Shown piece after piece: positions 8,684 to 18,662 of a stretch of 64,000 nucleotides of DNA. The notes below the pieces were generated by a model. That model saw only the letters and a program-made list of their open reading frames with translations, did not search any database and was not told where the DNA came from. The first letter of the stretch is position 1. Each line of letters begins with the position of its first letter. Origin of the DNA: Bacillota bacterium (GTDB lineage: Bacteria; Bacillota; SHA-98; UBA4971); contig JBLNDE010000058.1 in NCBI GenBank assembly GCA_050261335.1, forward strand, positions 102,968 through 166,967, given 5' to 3'. The translations under genes were made by a program, and so were the position numbers.

Positions 8684-9721
8684 ATGGTCCAGGCCGACCG
8701 GGATCTCGAGCTTTCGGAAGTACGCAGGCGCGCAAAGGAGAGGATGGACGGCATCTGCCGGGTGTGCCGGGTGTGCGACGGCAGGGTATGCGCCGGGGAG
8801 GTCCCGGGAATGGGCGGGATCGGCACCGGCGCCGGGTTCATCCGCAATGCCGAGGCCCTTGCGCAGGTCAATCTCAACATGAGAGTCCTGCACGACGTCG
8901 CCGCGCCGGAACTCGAGGTTACGCTATTCGGGCTGCCCCTGGCACTTCCGGTCCTCGGTGCGCCCGTCGCAGGCGTGAAGATCAACTTCCGCGAGCTGAT
9001 GAGCGAGGAGGACCTCGCAGCCGCCATGGTGGGCGGCTGCCTCGACGCGGGCACTATCGCGATGACGGGCGACGGCGGCCATCCCGAGGTGTTCGCGTCT
9101 GGGATCGCCGCCGTACGTGAGACCGGCGGGCGGGGCATCCCCATAATCAAGCCAGGTCCGAACCACGACATCATCCGCAAGTTCAGGGCGGCCGAGGAAG
9201 CAGGAGCGCCGGCGGTGGGCATTGACGTGGACGCGGCCGGCCTCGTGAATATGCGCCTCCTCGGCGCCCCCGTCGGCCCCAAGTCCCCGCAAGCCCTCCG
9301 CGAGCTGGCGGGGTCCACCTCTTTGCCGCTGATTCTGAAGGGCATCATGACTCCCGACGAAGCCGAGATCGCGGCGGAATGCGGCGCGGCGGCGATCGTC
9401 GTGTCAAACCACGGCGGGCGCGCGCTCGACCACACGCCCGGGGTGGCGGAGGTGCTTCCCGGCATTGCGAGGGCCGTCAAGGGCAGGGCCACCGTCCTTG
9501 CAGACGGAGCCGTCCGCACGGGTGTGGACGTCCTCAAGTACCTGGCCCTCGGCGCCGACGCTGTCCTGGTGGGGCGTCCGCTGGCGATCGGCGCGTTCGG
9601 AGCCGGACGCGCCGGCGTGGCCCGCGTAATCGGGGCCATCCGCGACGACCTGCGGACGGCCATGATCCTCACCGGCTGCCCGTCGATCCTCGCCATCGGA
9701 CCGCAGGTGCTTGCGTCGTGA
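8684..9721 (+). CDS. FMN-dependent alpha-hydroxy-acid dehydrogenase/oxidase family protein with N-terminal Cys cluster
   Basis: TIM-barrel FMN-dependent dehydrogenase motifs (IVVSNHGGRALD, LALGADAV); N-terminal CRVCRVCDGRVC; GGAGGG RBS before ATG 8684. Confidence 0.7.
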   Translation: MVQADRDLELSEVRRRAKERMDGICRVCRVCDGRVCAGEVPGMGGIGTGAGFIRNAEALAQVNLNMRVLHDVAAPELEVTLFGLPLALPVLGAPVAGVKINFRELMSEEDLAAAMVGGCLDAGTIAMTGDGGHPEVFASGIAAVRETGGRGIPIIKPGPNHDIIRKFRAAEEAGAPAVGIDVDAAGLVNMRLLGAPVGPKSPQALRELAGSTSLPLILKGIMTPDEAEIAAECGAAAIVVSNHGGRALDHTPGVAEVLPGIARAVKGRATVLADGAVRTGVDVLKYLALGADAVLVGRPLAIGAFGAGRAGVARVIGAIRDDLRTAMILTGCPSILAIGPQVLAS

Positions 9722-9783
9722 CAGGGAGGCCGTCCGGTCCTGGGCTGCGGGGCTGGTCCCACTCCTTCTGAAGAGAGATGCGT

Positions 9784-9801
9784 GATGCCTGTCAGGGCAT
9801 C
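9784..9801. terminator. hairpin (GATGCC-tgtcag-GGCATC) at convergent gene junction, overlapping the glycosidase stop codon
   Basis: Perfect 6-bp stem/6-nt loop, extendable to GAGATGC...GCATCTC; no T-tract (common in high-GC genomes). Confidence 0.3.
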
Positions 9802-11666
9802 TCCACAATGTCCCCTTCAGACGGGCCGAACGTAAGCCAGAGCGCGCCATCATCTGAAGGCAGGGGCACGTTCCGGCGCCAGGACCAGGCGGAACGCCCG
9901 CCAGCTTGCGGGACGGCGATGTGAACCGTCTGCCCTCGCGGGTCGTGGTTTACGACCACGAGCGTCCTCCTGTCGGGCGATGCGAACTCCCTGACCTCCA
10001 CGGCGGGGTTGGGATCTATCAGTGCGCCCTTGATGCCGGCAAGGCTCGCCGCGTACGAGTAGACCGCATGGTAAGGGTGCTGCGCCTGCTCGAATGCGTA
10101 CGGGGTCGTAGCGAGGTAGAGTTCGAACGGCAGCGTTACGAGCAGTGCGTGGCCTCGTCCGTACTCGTTTACGACGAAGCCAGGGTTCAAGCTGTCCCCG
10201 CGCGCCGAAAGGCTCAGGTGTTTCCTTGCGAGGAGCGCCGGCGTCGGCTTCGGCAGCGGGCCTACCAGCGTGCGCTCGCACCCGGGGACACCCACAGACC
10301 AGACGTCGCCCTGCGGGGTGCTCGCGCAGGTGACGCTGGCGCCGAACAGGTCATCCATCCCGTCCACAGCGAGGCCATCATACGAGCAGTATAGCGTCCC
10401 GCCCGACTCCACGAACGCTCTCAACGCCGCGAAGTCCGACACGTTCAGCGTCCCGCGCCGCGTGGCGCAGGGCACGAAGATCGCCCGGTAGGAGCGGGCG
10501 GCGTCCTGCAGCCTGTCCACGGCCAGGAGGTCCACATCGATCCCGGCCCGCTTCGCCAGGATGTATGAGGCGAACAGGACCGCCGCGTTTCGCTCCGGCC
10601 CGTTCTCGGGGTCGGGGTTATCGTAGTAACGCCTGGGGATGGCTATGGCCGCTCGGGCCGGGGCCGGTTCCAGCTCTCCCATGCGCGCGGCCCGCACGGT
10701 TCGTGCGAAGGACGCGAGCACCTCGCCTTTTGCCTTGACGCGTCCGTCCGCGGCGGTTATTCCGAAGCCGACCTCGTAGGGCGTGGAGTCGTAGGGCAGT
10801 CGGTCCTGCCTCCTGAAATCCCCGAAACACCAGGCGAGCGCGCCCGTTGCGCCGTTTGCGAGGGCGCTGTGGAGGGCGGCTGAGAAGAAGCGGGCCTCGA
10901 CGTCTTCCGCGTCCATCTGCGTCGTGGACCCGAACTCCTCGAGCAGGACCCTCTTGCCGCCGAGCCCCTCCGTGAGCCTGCATGCGAACGGCACGAAATG
11001 ACTGCTCCGAACGCTGTCGAGCGGCTCGGGACACAGTTGCGTGTAGGAAGGATACGGGTGCATGCAGAGGAAATCGCTCACCTCCGCGACATCGCGCAGG
11101 CGGAACGGCCCGGGGGTGAAGAGCGACCATGCGTGGGTGCCCAACGTCACCTGGTGGGTGGGGTCGTGCGCCTTGATCTCACGGTAGAGCACGCGCGCCC
11201 ACAGCCAGGCGGCGTCCACGGAGGGGGGCGTGGCGAAGACGTCAGGCTCGTTGGCGAGGTCCCAGAAGAGGATGGCGTGCTCGTCGCGGTAGCGCCGGGC
11301 GAACTCGCCCACGAGCCTGACCTGGGCTCGCAGCATGCCGGGGTCGGTGTAAGGGTTGCGGTCGCGCCGCCACGGCACGTCCCAGTTCTCGCCGCTCATG
11401 TGGCCCGTGAAGAACGTGGGTATGAGTCGCACGCCATGACGCCGTGCGATCTTCACGAGCTCATCGAACCTGGCCATGGCCTCCTCCGACACGGTCTCCG
11501 GGTGTGGCTGGAAGTCCTGCCAGAGGAGGAAAATCCTGCATGCGTTCAGGGATAGCTCCGCCATCTGCCTGAACTCCGCCTCGATGGAGGATGCGTTCCA
11601 CTCTTTCCACATGTGCACGCCGGTTTCCCTCGGCCAGTAATTGACGCCGCAAGTAAACTCGTTCAT
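9792..11666 (-). CDS. clan GH-A glycoside hydrolase (GH5/GH42-like TIM barrel, NEP motif) with GH42-trimerisation-like C-terminal domain
   Basis: GVNYWP..., WDLANEP catalytic acid/base-type motif; C-terminal region resembles beta-galactosidase trimerisation domain; GGAGGT RBS, second ATG (11666) preferred. Confidence 0.65.
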   Translation of the reverse strand: MNEFTCGVNYWPRETGVHMWKEWNASSIEAEFRQMAELSLNACRIFLLWQDFQPHPETVSEEAMARFDELVKIARRHGVRLIPTFFTGHMSGENWDVPWRRDRNPYTDPGMLRAQVRLVGEFARRYRDEHAILFWDLANEPDVFATPPSVDAAWLWARVLYREIKAHDPTHQVTLGTHAWSLFTPGPFRLRDVAEVSDFLCMHPYPSYTQLCPEPLDSVRSSHFVPFACRLTEGLGGKRVLLEEFGSTTQMDAEDVEARFFSAALHSALANGATGALAWCFGDFRRQDRLPYDSTPYEVGFGITAADGRVKAKGEVLASFARTVRAARMGELEPAPARAAIAIPRRYYDNPDPENGPERNAAVLFASYILAKRAGIDVDLLAVDRLQDAARSYRAIFVPCATRRGTLNVSDFAALRAFVESGGTLYCSYDGLAVDGMDDLFGASVTCASTPQGDVWSVGVPGCERTLVGPLPKPTPALLARKHLSLSARGDSLNPGFVVNEYGRGHALLVTLPFELYLATTPYAFEQAQHPYHAVYSYAASLAGIKGALIDPNPAVEVREFASPDRRTLVVVNHDPRGQTVHIAVPQAGGRSAWSWRRNVPLPSDDGALWLTFGPSEGDIVEMP

Positions 11667-11780
11667 CCTCATACCTCCGCATCACTCACGTCCTGGTGCA
11701 TCTGCGTGTGTGCCCGTGCCAGCGCGCTAGGGCCGTCACGTCACTAACCGACTCTCTTCGAGTCGCCAGCAACCCATCTC

Positions 11781-11890
11781 AAAGCCGGCAACATTCTTGC
11801 GCGAGACCGTTGATTCTCCCCGGTAACTGTCAGTTCGGCCGTGGACGGCGACCGTCTTCCGGGATTCCACCGGGTCGCGCTGCCATGAAA
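11781..11890. repeat. copy X of a ~110-nt duplicated non-coding element (second copy at 21048-21157)
   Basis: ~85% identity over ~110 nt: ...gcgcgagaccgttgattctccccggtaactgtcagttcggccgtggacggcgaccgtcttccgggattccaccgggtcgcgctgccatgaa. Confidence 0.6.
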
Positions 11891-12075
11891 TCGGCGACGC
11901 ACATCATCGTTGCCGCCTTACCCGTTCCATACATCACGGATCTCCTGGGAACTACACGGTCAAGGGCTGCCAGGGCCAGGAGTCGGCCCCCTAGACAGGC
12001 CCGCCGGACCGGCCGAACCGGGTGGCATCCCCCATGTGACAGAGCGGTATTGGCCGTCCTCCGGCTATCCTCCGG

Positions 12076-12972
12076 CTATCCTTTCAGGCCGGTCAGCGAT
12101 ATCCCCTCGATGAAGTAGCGCTGTGCCACGAAGAACGTTACGAGCATCGGCAGGGCGAGCACCGTGGACATGGCCATGAGCCAGTGCCACTGGGGCGCCT
12201 CGTTCACCCCGCCCATGAATAGATACATGCCAAGCGTCAGCGTGTACTTGCCCATGTCGTTCAGGTAGATGAGGGGCCCGAGGAAGTTGTTCCAGTAGCC
12301 CCGGAAAGCGAATACCGCCACCGCCAGGATGGCGGGCTTTATCTGTGGCAGCATCACGTGGCCGAAGGTCTGGAGCACATTGGCCCCGTCGATCCTCGCG
12401 GCCTCCTCCAGGTCACGCGGTATGCCCAGGAAGAACTGTCTCAACAGAAACACGTAGAACGGACCCCACGCCGTCCACGCAGGCAGGACCAGTGGGTCGA
12501 AGGTGTTGAGGAGACCCAGGTTCCGCCAGATCATGTAGGTCGGGATCAGCGTCACATGGTAGGGAAGCATCATGGTGGAGAGGAGTATGAAGAAGAGCGC
12601 GTTCCTCCCTGGGAAGGAATACCGCGCGAACCCGTACGCCACGAGGGTGCAGCTTGTAAGCTCCGCGAACATCCCGAGGGCCGTGACGAACACGGTGTTC
12701 GCAAGATACCGCCCGAACGGAACGGCCCGCCAGGCGTCGAGGTAGTTGTGCCACTGCGGAGGGATGGGCAGCCACGCCGGCGGGTAGGCGAACACGTCTT
12801 TCAGCTCCTTGAGGGAGCTCGACACCATCCAGAAGAACGGCACGAGGAGCACCGCCGCGCCTGCGGTCACGACGAGGTATGAAACCAACCGGACCGCGAG
12901 CTTCGCAGTGCGCCGCCGGCGCCTCGCTCTCAAGGAGATCCCGGTGACCAGTGCCTGTGCTTGCCCGCTCAT
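12076..12972 (-). CDS. carbohydrate ABC transporter permease (MalG-like)
   Basis: 6-TM permease with EAA-type loop; ATG 12972 overlaps upstream permease stop (ATGA). Confidence 0.85.
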   Translation of the reverse strand: MSGQAQALVTGISLRARRRRRTAKLAVRLVSYLVVTAGAAVLLVPFFWMVSSSLKELKDVFAYPPAWLPIPPQWHNYLDAWRAVPFGRYLANTVFVTALGMFAELTSCTLVAYGFARYSFPGRNALFFILLSTMMLPYHVTLIPTYMIWRNLGLLNTFDPLVLPAWTAWGPFYVFLLRQFFLGIPRDLEEAARIDGANVLQTFGHVMLPQIKPAILAVAVFAFRGYWNNFLGPLIYLNDMGKYTLTLGMYLFMGGVNEAPQWHWLMAMSTVLALPMLVTFFVAQRYFIEGISLTGLKG

Positions 12973-13964
12973 TTCCGCACCTCCGCCTCGTAGTAGACCC
13001 ACGCGCTTGACGAGCGAAAGACGAGGAGCGTGAGGCCGAGGATGATGACCAGGAGCACCCATGCGATGGCCGAGGCCTCGCCCATCTTGAGTTGCAGGAA
13101 TCCGCGCTCGTATACGAGCTGGTTCATGAACCGCCCCGCGGCCGACGTGGGCCGCGCGAACATGGCCACGGTGAAGATCTGCAGCGCGCCGATGATTCCC
13201 ATGATCACCTGCAACAGGACCACCGGCGATATCTGCGGAAACGTCACGCTCCAGAACTTCGCGAGGGGGCCCGCTCCGTCGATCTCAGCGGCCTCATAGA
13301 GGACCTTTGGCACGTTCTTGACGGCGGCGAGGAAGACCACCATGTTTATGCCGAATATTCCCCAGATGCTCATGATAACGAAAGCCGGGAGCACAAACTC
13401 CGGGTCGCCGAACCAGTCCGGCTTTCCGAGGCCGAGAACCCCGAAGAGGGGACGGCAGACGACGTTGAGAAGGCCGGCCTCGCTGTTGAAGATCCAGCGC
13501 CATAGAAGAGCCACCGATACCTCGGGAAGGACCGCCGGGAGGTAGTAGACCGTCCGGTAGGTGCCTATCCCCCTGATGTCGATTGAGAGGAGCAGCGCCA
13601 CCATCAGGGATCCCACAACTCCCAGGGGCACGCTGAGGAATGCATACGCGAGCGTGAGCTTGACGGACGGCCAGAAATCAAGTATGTCTGAAAAAAGCCA
13701 TCTATAGTTCTCGAGGCCCACCCACTTCGGCGCCGTGAAGAGGTCGTACGACGTGAAGCTCAGGCCCAGGGACGCCAGAATGGGCCCGGCGGTGAACACG
13801 AGGAAACCTGCAAGCCATGGGGTTATGAGCGCGTAACCCGCTGCGGTCTCTTCGCGGGCGTGGACGAGCTTGAGCAGGCCATACACACCGAGGCAAAGCA
13901 GGGCCACCATGCCAGAGGTCACTAGATATCGGGCGAGCGTGCCGGCGTAAAGGCTGCCGTCCAT
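12969..13964 (-). CDS. carbohydrate ABC transporter permease (MalF-like)
   Basis: 331-aa multi-TM permease typical of CUT1 sugar ABC systems. Confidence 0.85.
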   Translation of the reverse strand: MDGSLYAGTLARYLVTSGMVALLCLGVYGLLKLVHAREETAAGYALITPWLAGFLVFTAGPILASLGLSFTSYDLFTAPKWVGLENYRWLFSDILDFWPSVKLTLAYAFLSVPLGVVGSLMVALLLSIDIRGIGTYRTVYYLPAVLPEVSVALLWRWIFNSEAGLLNVVCRPLFGVLGLGKPDWFGDPEFVLPAFVIMSIWGIFGINMVVFLAAVKNVPKVLYEAAEIDGAGPLAKFWSVTFPQISPVVLLQVIMGIIGALQIFTVAMFARPTSAAGRFMNQLVYERGFLQLKMGEASAIAWVLLVIILGLTLLVFRSSSAWVYYEAEVRK

Positions 13965-14328
13965 CTGGCATCTTCTCCCTCCTTACTATCCTGTCGCACA
14001 TTGTGGCGCGGCGCTATGCTGAGCTATGCTGAGCTGAGCTGAGCTATGCTGTGCAGTGCTGGGCTGCGCCATAATGTGCCGTGCCGTATCGAGCCATGGG
14101 GGGCCCGCGAACCCAGGGCTGGGCAGGGGGCGGTGCTCACAGTGCGGCTCCCTGGCGTCTGCCTTGCCGCCCCCCACCAGGCTATGAGCTGCGCCTGAAC
14201 GGCAGCCCCAGACCGGGCGATCGCTCTCCTGGCCTTGCGCGGCCGGACGCACCGGCGTCGGGTACCCCGTCCTTTCCACTTTCGACGTTCCGCGTTCAGA
14301 GTCCCGCTTTCCCGTTTCCGCCTGCCGC

Positions 14329-15627
14329 TTACTTGCCCAGCGTCTTCTCAAGCAGCGGCCGGACGCGCTTTGCAAGCTGCTCGGCGGTGCCGCGACCGTT
14401 CATGAGCGGGTCTGCGAACTGGTTCCAGAAGATGCTGTCCCACTCGGCATAGTTGGGGAAGATGCGAAAGCCCCGGGTATCCTCCATGGCGGCCACGATG
14501 GCGTCGATGGAATGCCTCTTCTCGGGCTTCAACTTGAGCAGCATCTCCTTTGTGGCGAGCGATCTTCGCGGCGGCACGACCTTCCAGTGGTGTATCGCGT
14601 CGGAGAGGTCGAGGAACGCCTCGAACGCCGCGTCAGGCTGCTTCGTCTTCGCGTTGATGGCCATTCCGCCTATCCACACGAAGCTTGCGCGCCTGCCCGA
14701 CGGCCCCTTCGGGATCATGAACGCCTGAGACCTGAATATGGGCTTGTAGTCCAGGTCGTCGGCGGCGCCGCCCATGAACATCGCCACCTGCTGGTTGCGG
14801 TACATGGTGTCGAAGCCGCGGTCTCTTATAACCGAGAGAGGCGGCGCCACATGGTACTTGTTCATCAGGTCCACGTAGAACTGCGCCCCTTTGATGGCCT
14901 CAGGCGAGTCCACCGGGCACGACTTGAAGTCAGGGCCTATCACGTCGCCGCCCGCCTGCCAGATGAACATCTGCACCGGCGGCCAGCCGTTCAGCGTGAA
15001 GCCCCACTGCTGGACGTTGTCGGGATCGAAACCCTTGTCATCTGGGTGCTTGCCGTTCTTGTCCGCGGTCAGCGCCTTCGCCGCGGCGAGGAACTTATCC
15101 CAGTCCCAGGTCTCGTCGGGGTAGGCGAGCTTTGCCTTGTCGAAAAGATCGAGGTTCACGAACAGCATCACCGGCTGGTTGATCCAGGGTAGCCCGTAGA
15201 CCTTTCCCTCGTAGGTCAGGCGCTCCAAGGACGCGGGGAAGTAGTCATCCAGCCTGGCCGCGGGATGTTTCGATGCCTTCAACCGGTCCGTGATGTCCAT
15301 GAGCGTGCCCTTCTGCGCGAAACTCGGCACGAACTCCTGGCCGATCCAGAAGAGGTCTGCGCCGGTCTGCGCGGCGAGGGTCGTCGTGAGCTTGGTCATG
15401 TACTCCGCGGGGCTCGATTCCTGCACGATCTCGTACGTGCCCGACTTGGCGTTGAGCTGGTCGAGGATGGCCTGAAGCTCCTTGGCTTCCTCGACGCCGG
15501 CCCATGTGGCGAGGCGTATCTTCACCCTGGACGCAGCGAGCCCTTGCTGCGCCCCACCTGTGAGCGCAAGCGACGTCAGCAAGAGCAAACTGAGCACGCA
15601 AACCAACGTAAGCCTGCGACCTGACAT
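14329..15627 (-). CDS. extracellular solute-binding protein (family 1), sugar ABC transporter
   Basis: Signal/lipoprotein-like N-terminus (MSGRRLTLVCVLSLLLLTSLALTGG) after GGAGG RBS; the ORF opens at 15852 but ATG 15625-15627 is the likely start. Confidence 0.85.
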   Translation of the reverse strand: MSGRRLTLVCVLSLLLLTSLALTGGAQQGLAASRVKIRLATWAGVEEAKELQAILDQLNAKSGTYEIVQESSPAEYMTKLTTTLAAQTGADLFWIGQEFVPSFAQKGTLMDITDRLKASKHPAARLDDYFPASLERLTYEGKVYGLPWINQPVMLFVNLDLFDKAKLAYPDETWDWDKFLAAAKALTADKNGKHPDDKGFDPDNVQQWGFTLNGWPPVQMFIWQAGGDVIGPDFKSCPVDSPEAIKGAQFYVDLMNKYHVAPPLSVIRDRGFDTMYRNQQVAMFMGGAADDLDYKPIFRSQAFMIPKGPSGRRASFVWIGGMAINAKTKQPDAAFEAFLDLSDAIHHWKVVPPRRSLATKEMLLKLKPEKRHSIDAIVAAMEDTRGFRIFPNYAEWDSIFWNQFADPLMNGRGTAEQLAKRVRPLLEKTLGK

Positions 15628-15886
15628 CTTCAATCGCCCTCCTCGTAGACGTTCAGAGTCGTTCGCGTCACCCGCGTTACCCTTCGTGCAACCTTCGCGC
15701 CACCTTCTTGCCGCCCCTTCGTACCACCTCTCCCATCGTCTCGGGATGTTCCCGCGATCCCACCTGGATGCGTGGATGTGCGACCAATCGTCCTCTCGGC
15801 GAGTTCCGGCTTCATCCGGCTTCCGCCCCGCCTTCCTGGGCCGTTCCATCACCTCCCTTTGCTTTGAGTGTGACCGCGCCCTTGCG

Positions 15887-18658
15887 TCACACTGCCTTCA
15901 TCGAGTTCCCCCAGCCTTCGGGCAGAACCACCAGTTTGCAGCATTCGCCGGGGTCGAGGGCGACGTCGACGGAGCCTCCGGACGCCGCTTGGGTGCGCGC
16001 AGCCTCCCATCGCCCGTCCTTGCCGAGACAGGCCGCTTCCACTCTCCATGGGCGCCTGAGGTGGGCGGCGGAGGTGAGGTCCACGGTGCCCTGGAACCGC
16101 GTGGACGTCGGGTTGTACACCAGCACCGACCGGGGCGCGTCCTCGTCCATGAACGGGCGGTCCCAGTCGAGAAGGTCGAGGTAGACCGTGGTTATCGACG
16201 GGTCCGATGCCCTTGCGAATGCCTCGAACATGAGATACAGCCACAGGACCTCGCCGGCGCCGTATATCTCCTTGCCCACGTAACCTGTGGAGTCTGGTAG
16301 TTCCAGCGTGCCGATGTTCTCGTAGGGGATGTGGGGGCAGGCCGCTCCTGTCCGCTCCGGCTCCGGCAGGAAGGGATCGAAGTAGTAGAAGTTATTGCGG
16401 CGCTGAAGGTCCAGGACCCTGAGGAGGGCGGGGTTGAAACCGCCTTTTTTCAGCAGCGGCAGCCATGGCAGCACCGACTCGACGTTCTCCTTGAACGCAG
16501 GGTAAAGGATGGACGCGCATGCCTGGAAGAGGCCACGCGTGTGATACGCGCCGCGGCTTCGCGCGAGGTCATCGTACCAGTAAAGCATCCGCAGCTCGGC
16601 GCGGATGAGGTCATGAGAGATGCGGGCGAGGGACGGGTCGTCGAGGAGCGACGAAAGCTCGAAGGCCGCGAGCGCCCCGAACGCGAACTGCTGAGGCTCG
16701 TGGTACAGGAGGTCGAGCGGCAGCCTGATCATGGTCAGGAGGGCGTCCCTCGCCTCGCCCAGGAACTCCTCACGCCCGCTGAGGCGGAACGCGAGGACCG
16801 CGCCGTAGGCGTAGAGCCCGGCCACGGAGTAGTTCGTTCCCGAGTCCGCCGGCATACCGGTCGCAGGGTCGTAGAAGAGAGGGAAGACGTGGCGCACGTT
16901 GTGGGCGTAACGCCTGGCGCTCTCGAAAGCCGCCATGAACATGTTCGCGAGCTTCGCCGTGTCAGCCGCGGGGGGTGTGAGGCGGTGCGATTCCTGAAGT
17001 ATCTGCCATGCTTTTACTGCCTGCTGTGTCTGCTGTGTGTTCGGCGTGCGGGGCGCATGCGGCGCATGCGGCGCGTGCAATGCGCACAGTGAAGGCGGCA
17101 TCCGCCGCGCCGCCTGCTGCGCAGCCCGCTCACGCGTCTTCTGCGCCGCCTGCGACATCTCCAGGAGGTGCACGATCCACGGCCACTTGATGAGGCCATT
17201 CTCGAAGGAATACCACGTATCCACTTTCTCCTGGCCGTGCGTGTGCGGGTAGTTGTTGCTGATGAAGCCGATGTCCTCCCGGAAGAAGTGGGGGAGGGTG
17301 GCCGTCAGGCGGCGAAGGTACTCGAGCAGAGCCGAATCCGGGCCTGCGCTGACCCCCCGGGGCGCGTCGATCCCAGGGCCTCTCTCGCACGGGTGCTGCA
17401 GGCAGGAAGCGGGCTCACCGTGGCGGGCGGGTGCGGCCGCATCTTCGGATGAGGCGGCGGATCTGCCGGGCTCGCTTGCGCGGGCGTAGTGCAGGAGGGG
17501 CCAGAGCACGTCTGCCTGCGTCATCAGCTCGAACGACCGCGGCTCCGCCCACTGACGCGAGCTCGAGCGCACGTATGCGGGGTGACCCCAGATGCCCTCC
17601 ACCTCGGTCTGGCATGCTGGGTCGTGCATGAGCTCATCCAACGCCGCGCCGGCCACTTCCGCCCAGGAGCCACGTGGAAGGCGTCCACTCCGGCGCCCCT
17701 GCGACCGAGGCCCGAGTTCCGGCTTCTCATCGCCGCCGAGGAGCAGCGAGGCGGCGTCGATGAGCGTCGCGAGGGCATCCCACTGCGAAGGGATGTCCTG
17801 GCGGTGGCGCTGGTAGATTGAGTATCGGAAGACGTGGTCGCCTGCGGGGAAGACCCGGCCGTGGTAGTGGTCTGCCCAGAGCCCCACGCCGAACCGCTCC
17901 TTGCGCGGCCCGCCGAGCTTGCTTGAGCACAGGCAATCCTCGAACCTTGCCAGACTCGCCCGGGACATCCATGTCATGCAGGTCATGTCGAAGTACAGGA
18001 CGACCTCGGCACGTCGGACAGGGTCGTAGCAATACACGGCGGGGAAGTCGTTGCCCCGCACGCCGGTGCAGTTCCTCGTGGGGTTCGAGATGACGACCCT
18101 GCGCCACTCGTGGTTCTGGCGCTCGTTCATGGTGGCGTACTCTGACATCCAGAGGACTATCTCCGGCTCGATGGACGGGGATGGCTGAAGGACCAGCGGC
18201 CTTTCGAGGTGGACGGCGACGGACACGTGGATCCACGGGTCGCCGGGCGTCACGGAGACTTCGGCGTCGAACGGGTACAGGGCTTTGTCGACATCGCGAA
18301 GACCCTCCGCGTCCGTCGCGCAGTATTCGGGGTTGCGCGGGGCGGCGCCGTCTTTCGGCACGCATCCCGTTCCGGTCCCTGAGAAGAGGACGGCCTGCCG
18401 TCCGTCGCCGCGTGAGGGAGCGATGGTGTATGAAGACGGCGCAAGGTCGAAACTGGCCCCGCCCACGAGGACGTTGGGAAGGCCGGCGACAACCGTCCAC
18501 CCGGCTCCGTCGTGCACGCGGGTTGTGAAGCGCAGTCTACCGTCGTCCCCGCGCCTGAAGATCATCTGTTGCCCTGACGCGGTAACGACCGGCCCTGACG
18601 GCGTGTCGTATATGGCTGTGTCGCGTTCGGACAGACCTGGGAGGTCGCGGTCTTCCAT
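15887..18658 (-). CDS. large hypothetical protein (~920 aa), possibly a novel carbohydrate-active enzyme
   Basis: Long ORF with AGGAGG RBS before ATG 18658; immediately downstream of the LacI regulator and upstream of the sugar ABC transporter and glycosidase on the same strand; no confident family assignment from sequence alone. Confidence 0.55.
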   Translation of the reverse strand: MEDRDLPGLSERDTAIYDTPSGPVVTASGQQMIFRRGDDGRLRFTTRVHDGAGWTVVAGLPNVLVGGASFDLAPSSYTIAPSRGDGRQAVLFSGTGTGCVPKDGAAPRNPEYCATDAEGLRDVDKALYPFDAEVSVTPGDPWIHVSVAVHLERPLVLQPSPSIEPEIVLWMSEYATMNERQNHEWRRVVISNPTRNCTGVRGNDFPAVYCYDPVRRAEVVLYFDMTCMTWMSRASLARFEDCLCSSKLGGPRKERFGVGLWADHYHGRVFPAGDHVFRYSIYQRHRQDIPSQWDALATLIDAASLLLGGDEKPELGPRSQGRRSGRLPRGSWAEVAGAALDELMHDPACQTEVEGIWGHPAYVRSSSRQWAEPRSFELMTQADVLWPLLHYARASEPGRSAASSEDAAAPARHGEPASCLQHPCERGPGIDAPRGVSAGPDSALLEYLRRLTATLPHFFREDIGFISNNYPHTHGQEKVDTWYSFENGLIKWPWIVHLLEMSQAAQKTRERAAQQAARRMPPSLCALHAPHAPHAPRTPNTQQTQQAVKAWQILQESHRLTPPAADTAKLANMFMAAFESARRYAHNVRHVFPLFYDPATGMPADSGTNYSVAGLYAYGAVLAFRLSGREEFLGEARDALLTMIRLPLDLLYHEPQQFAFGALAAFELSSLLDDPSLARISHDLIRAELRMLYWYDDLARSRGAYHTRGLFQACASILYPAFKENVESVLPWLPLLKKGGFNPALLRVLDLQRRNNFYYFDPFLPEPERTGAACPHIPYENIGTLELPDSTGYVGKEIYGAGEVLWLYLMFEAFARASDPSITTVYLDLLDWDRPFMDEDAPRSVLVYNPTSTRFQGTVDLTSAAHLRRPWRVEAACLGKDGRWEAARTQAASGGSVDVALDPGECCKLVVLPEGWGNSMKAV

Positions 18659-18662
18659 GGAG

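Noticed and set aside
8569-9762. 397-aa minus-strand ORF
   Set aside because: Antisense to the FMN-dependent dehydrogenase; Pro/Ala/Ser/Arg-rich low-complexity translation.
11781-11890. Structured RNA with an enclosing stem in the duplicated 110-nt element
   Set aside because: The candidate stem in copy X (GCGCGAGACCG/CGGGTCGCGC) has no compensatory counterpart in copy Y, so structure is unsupported. The element is kept as a repeat only.
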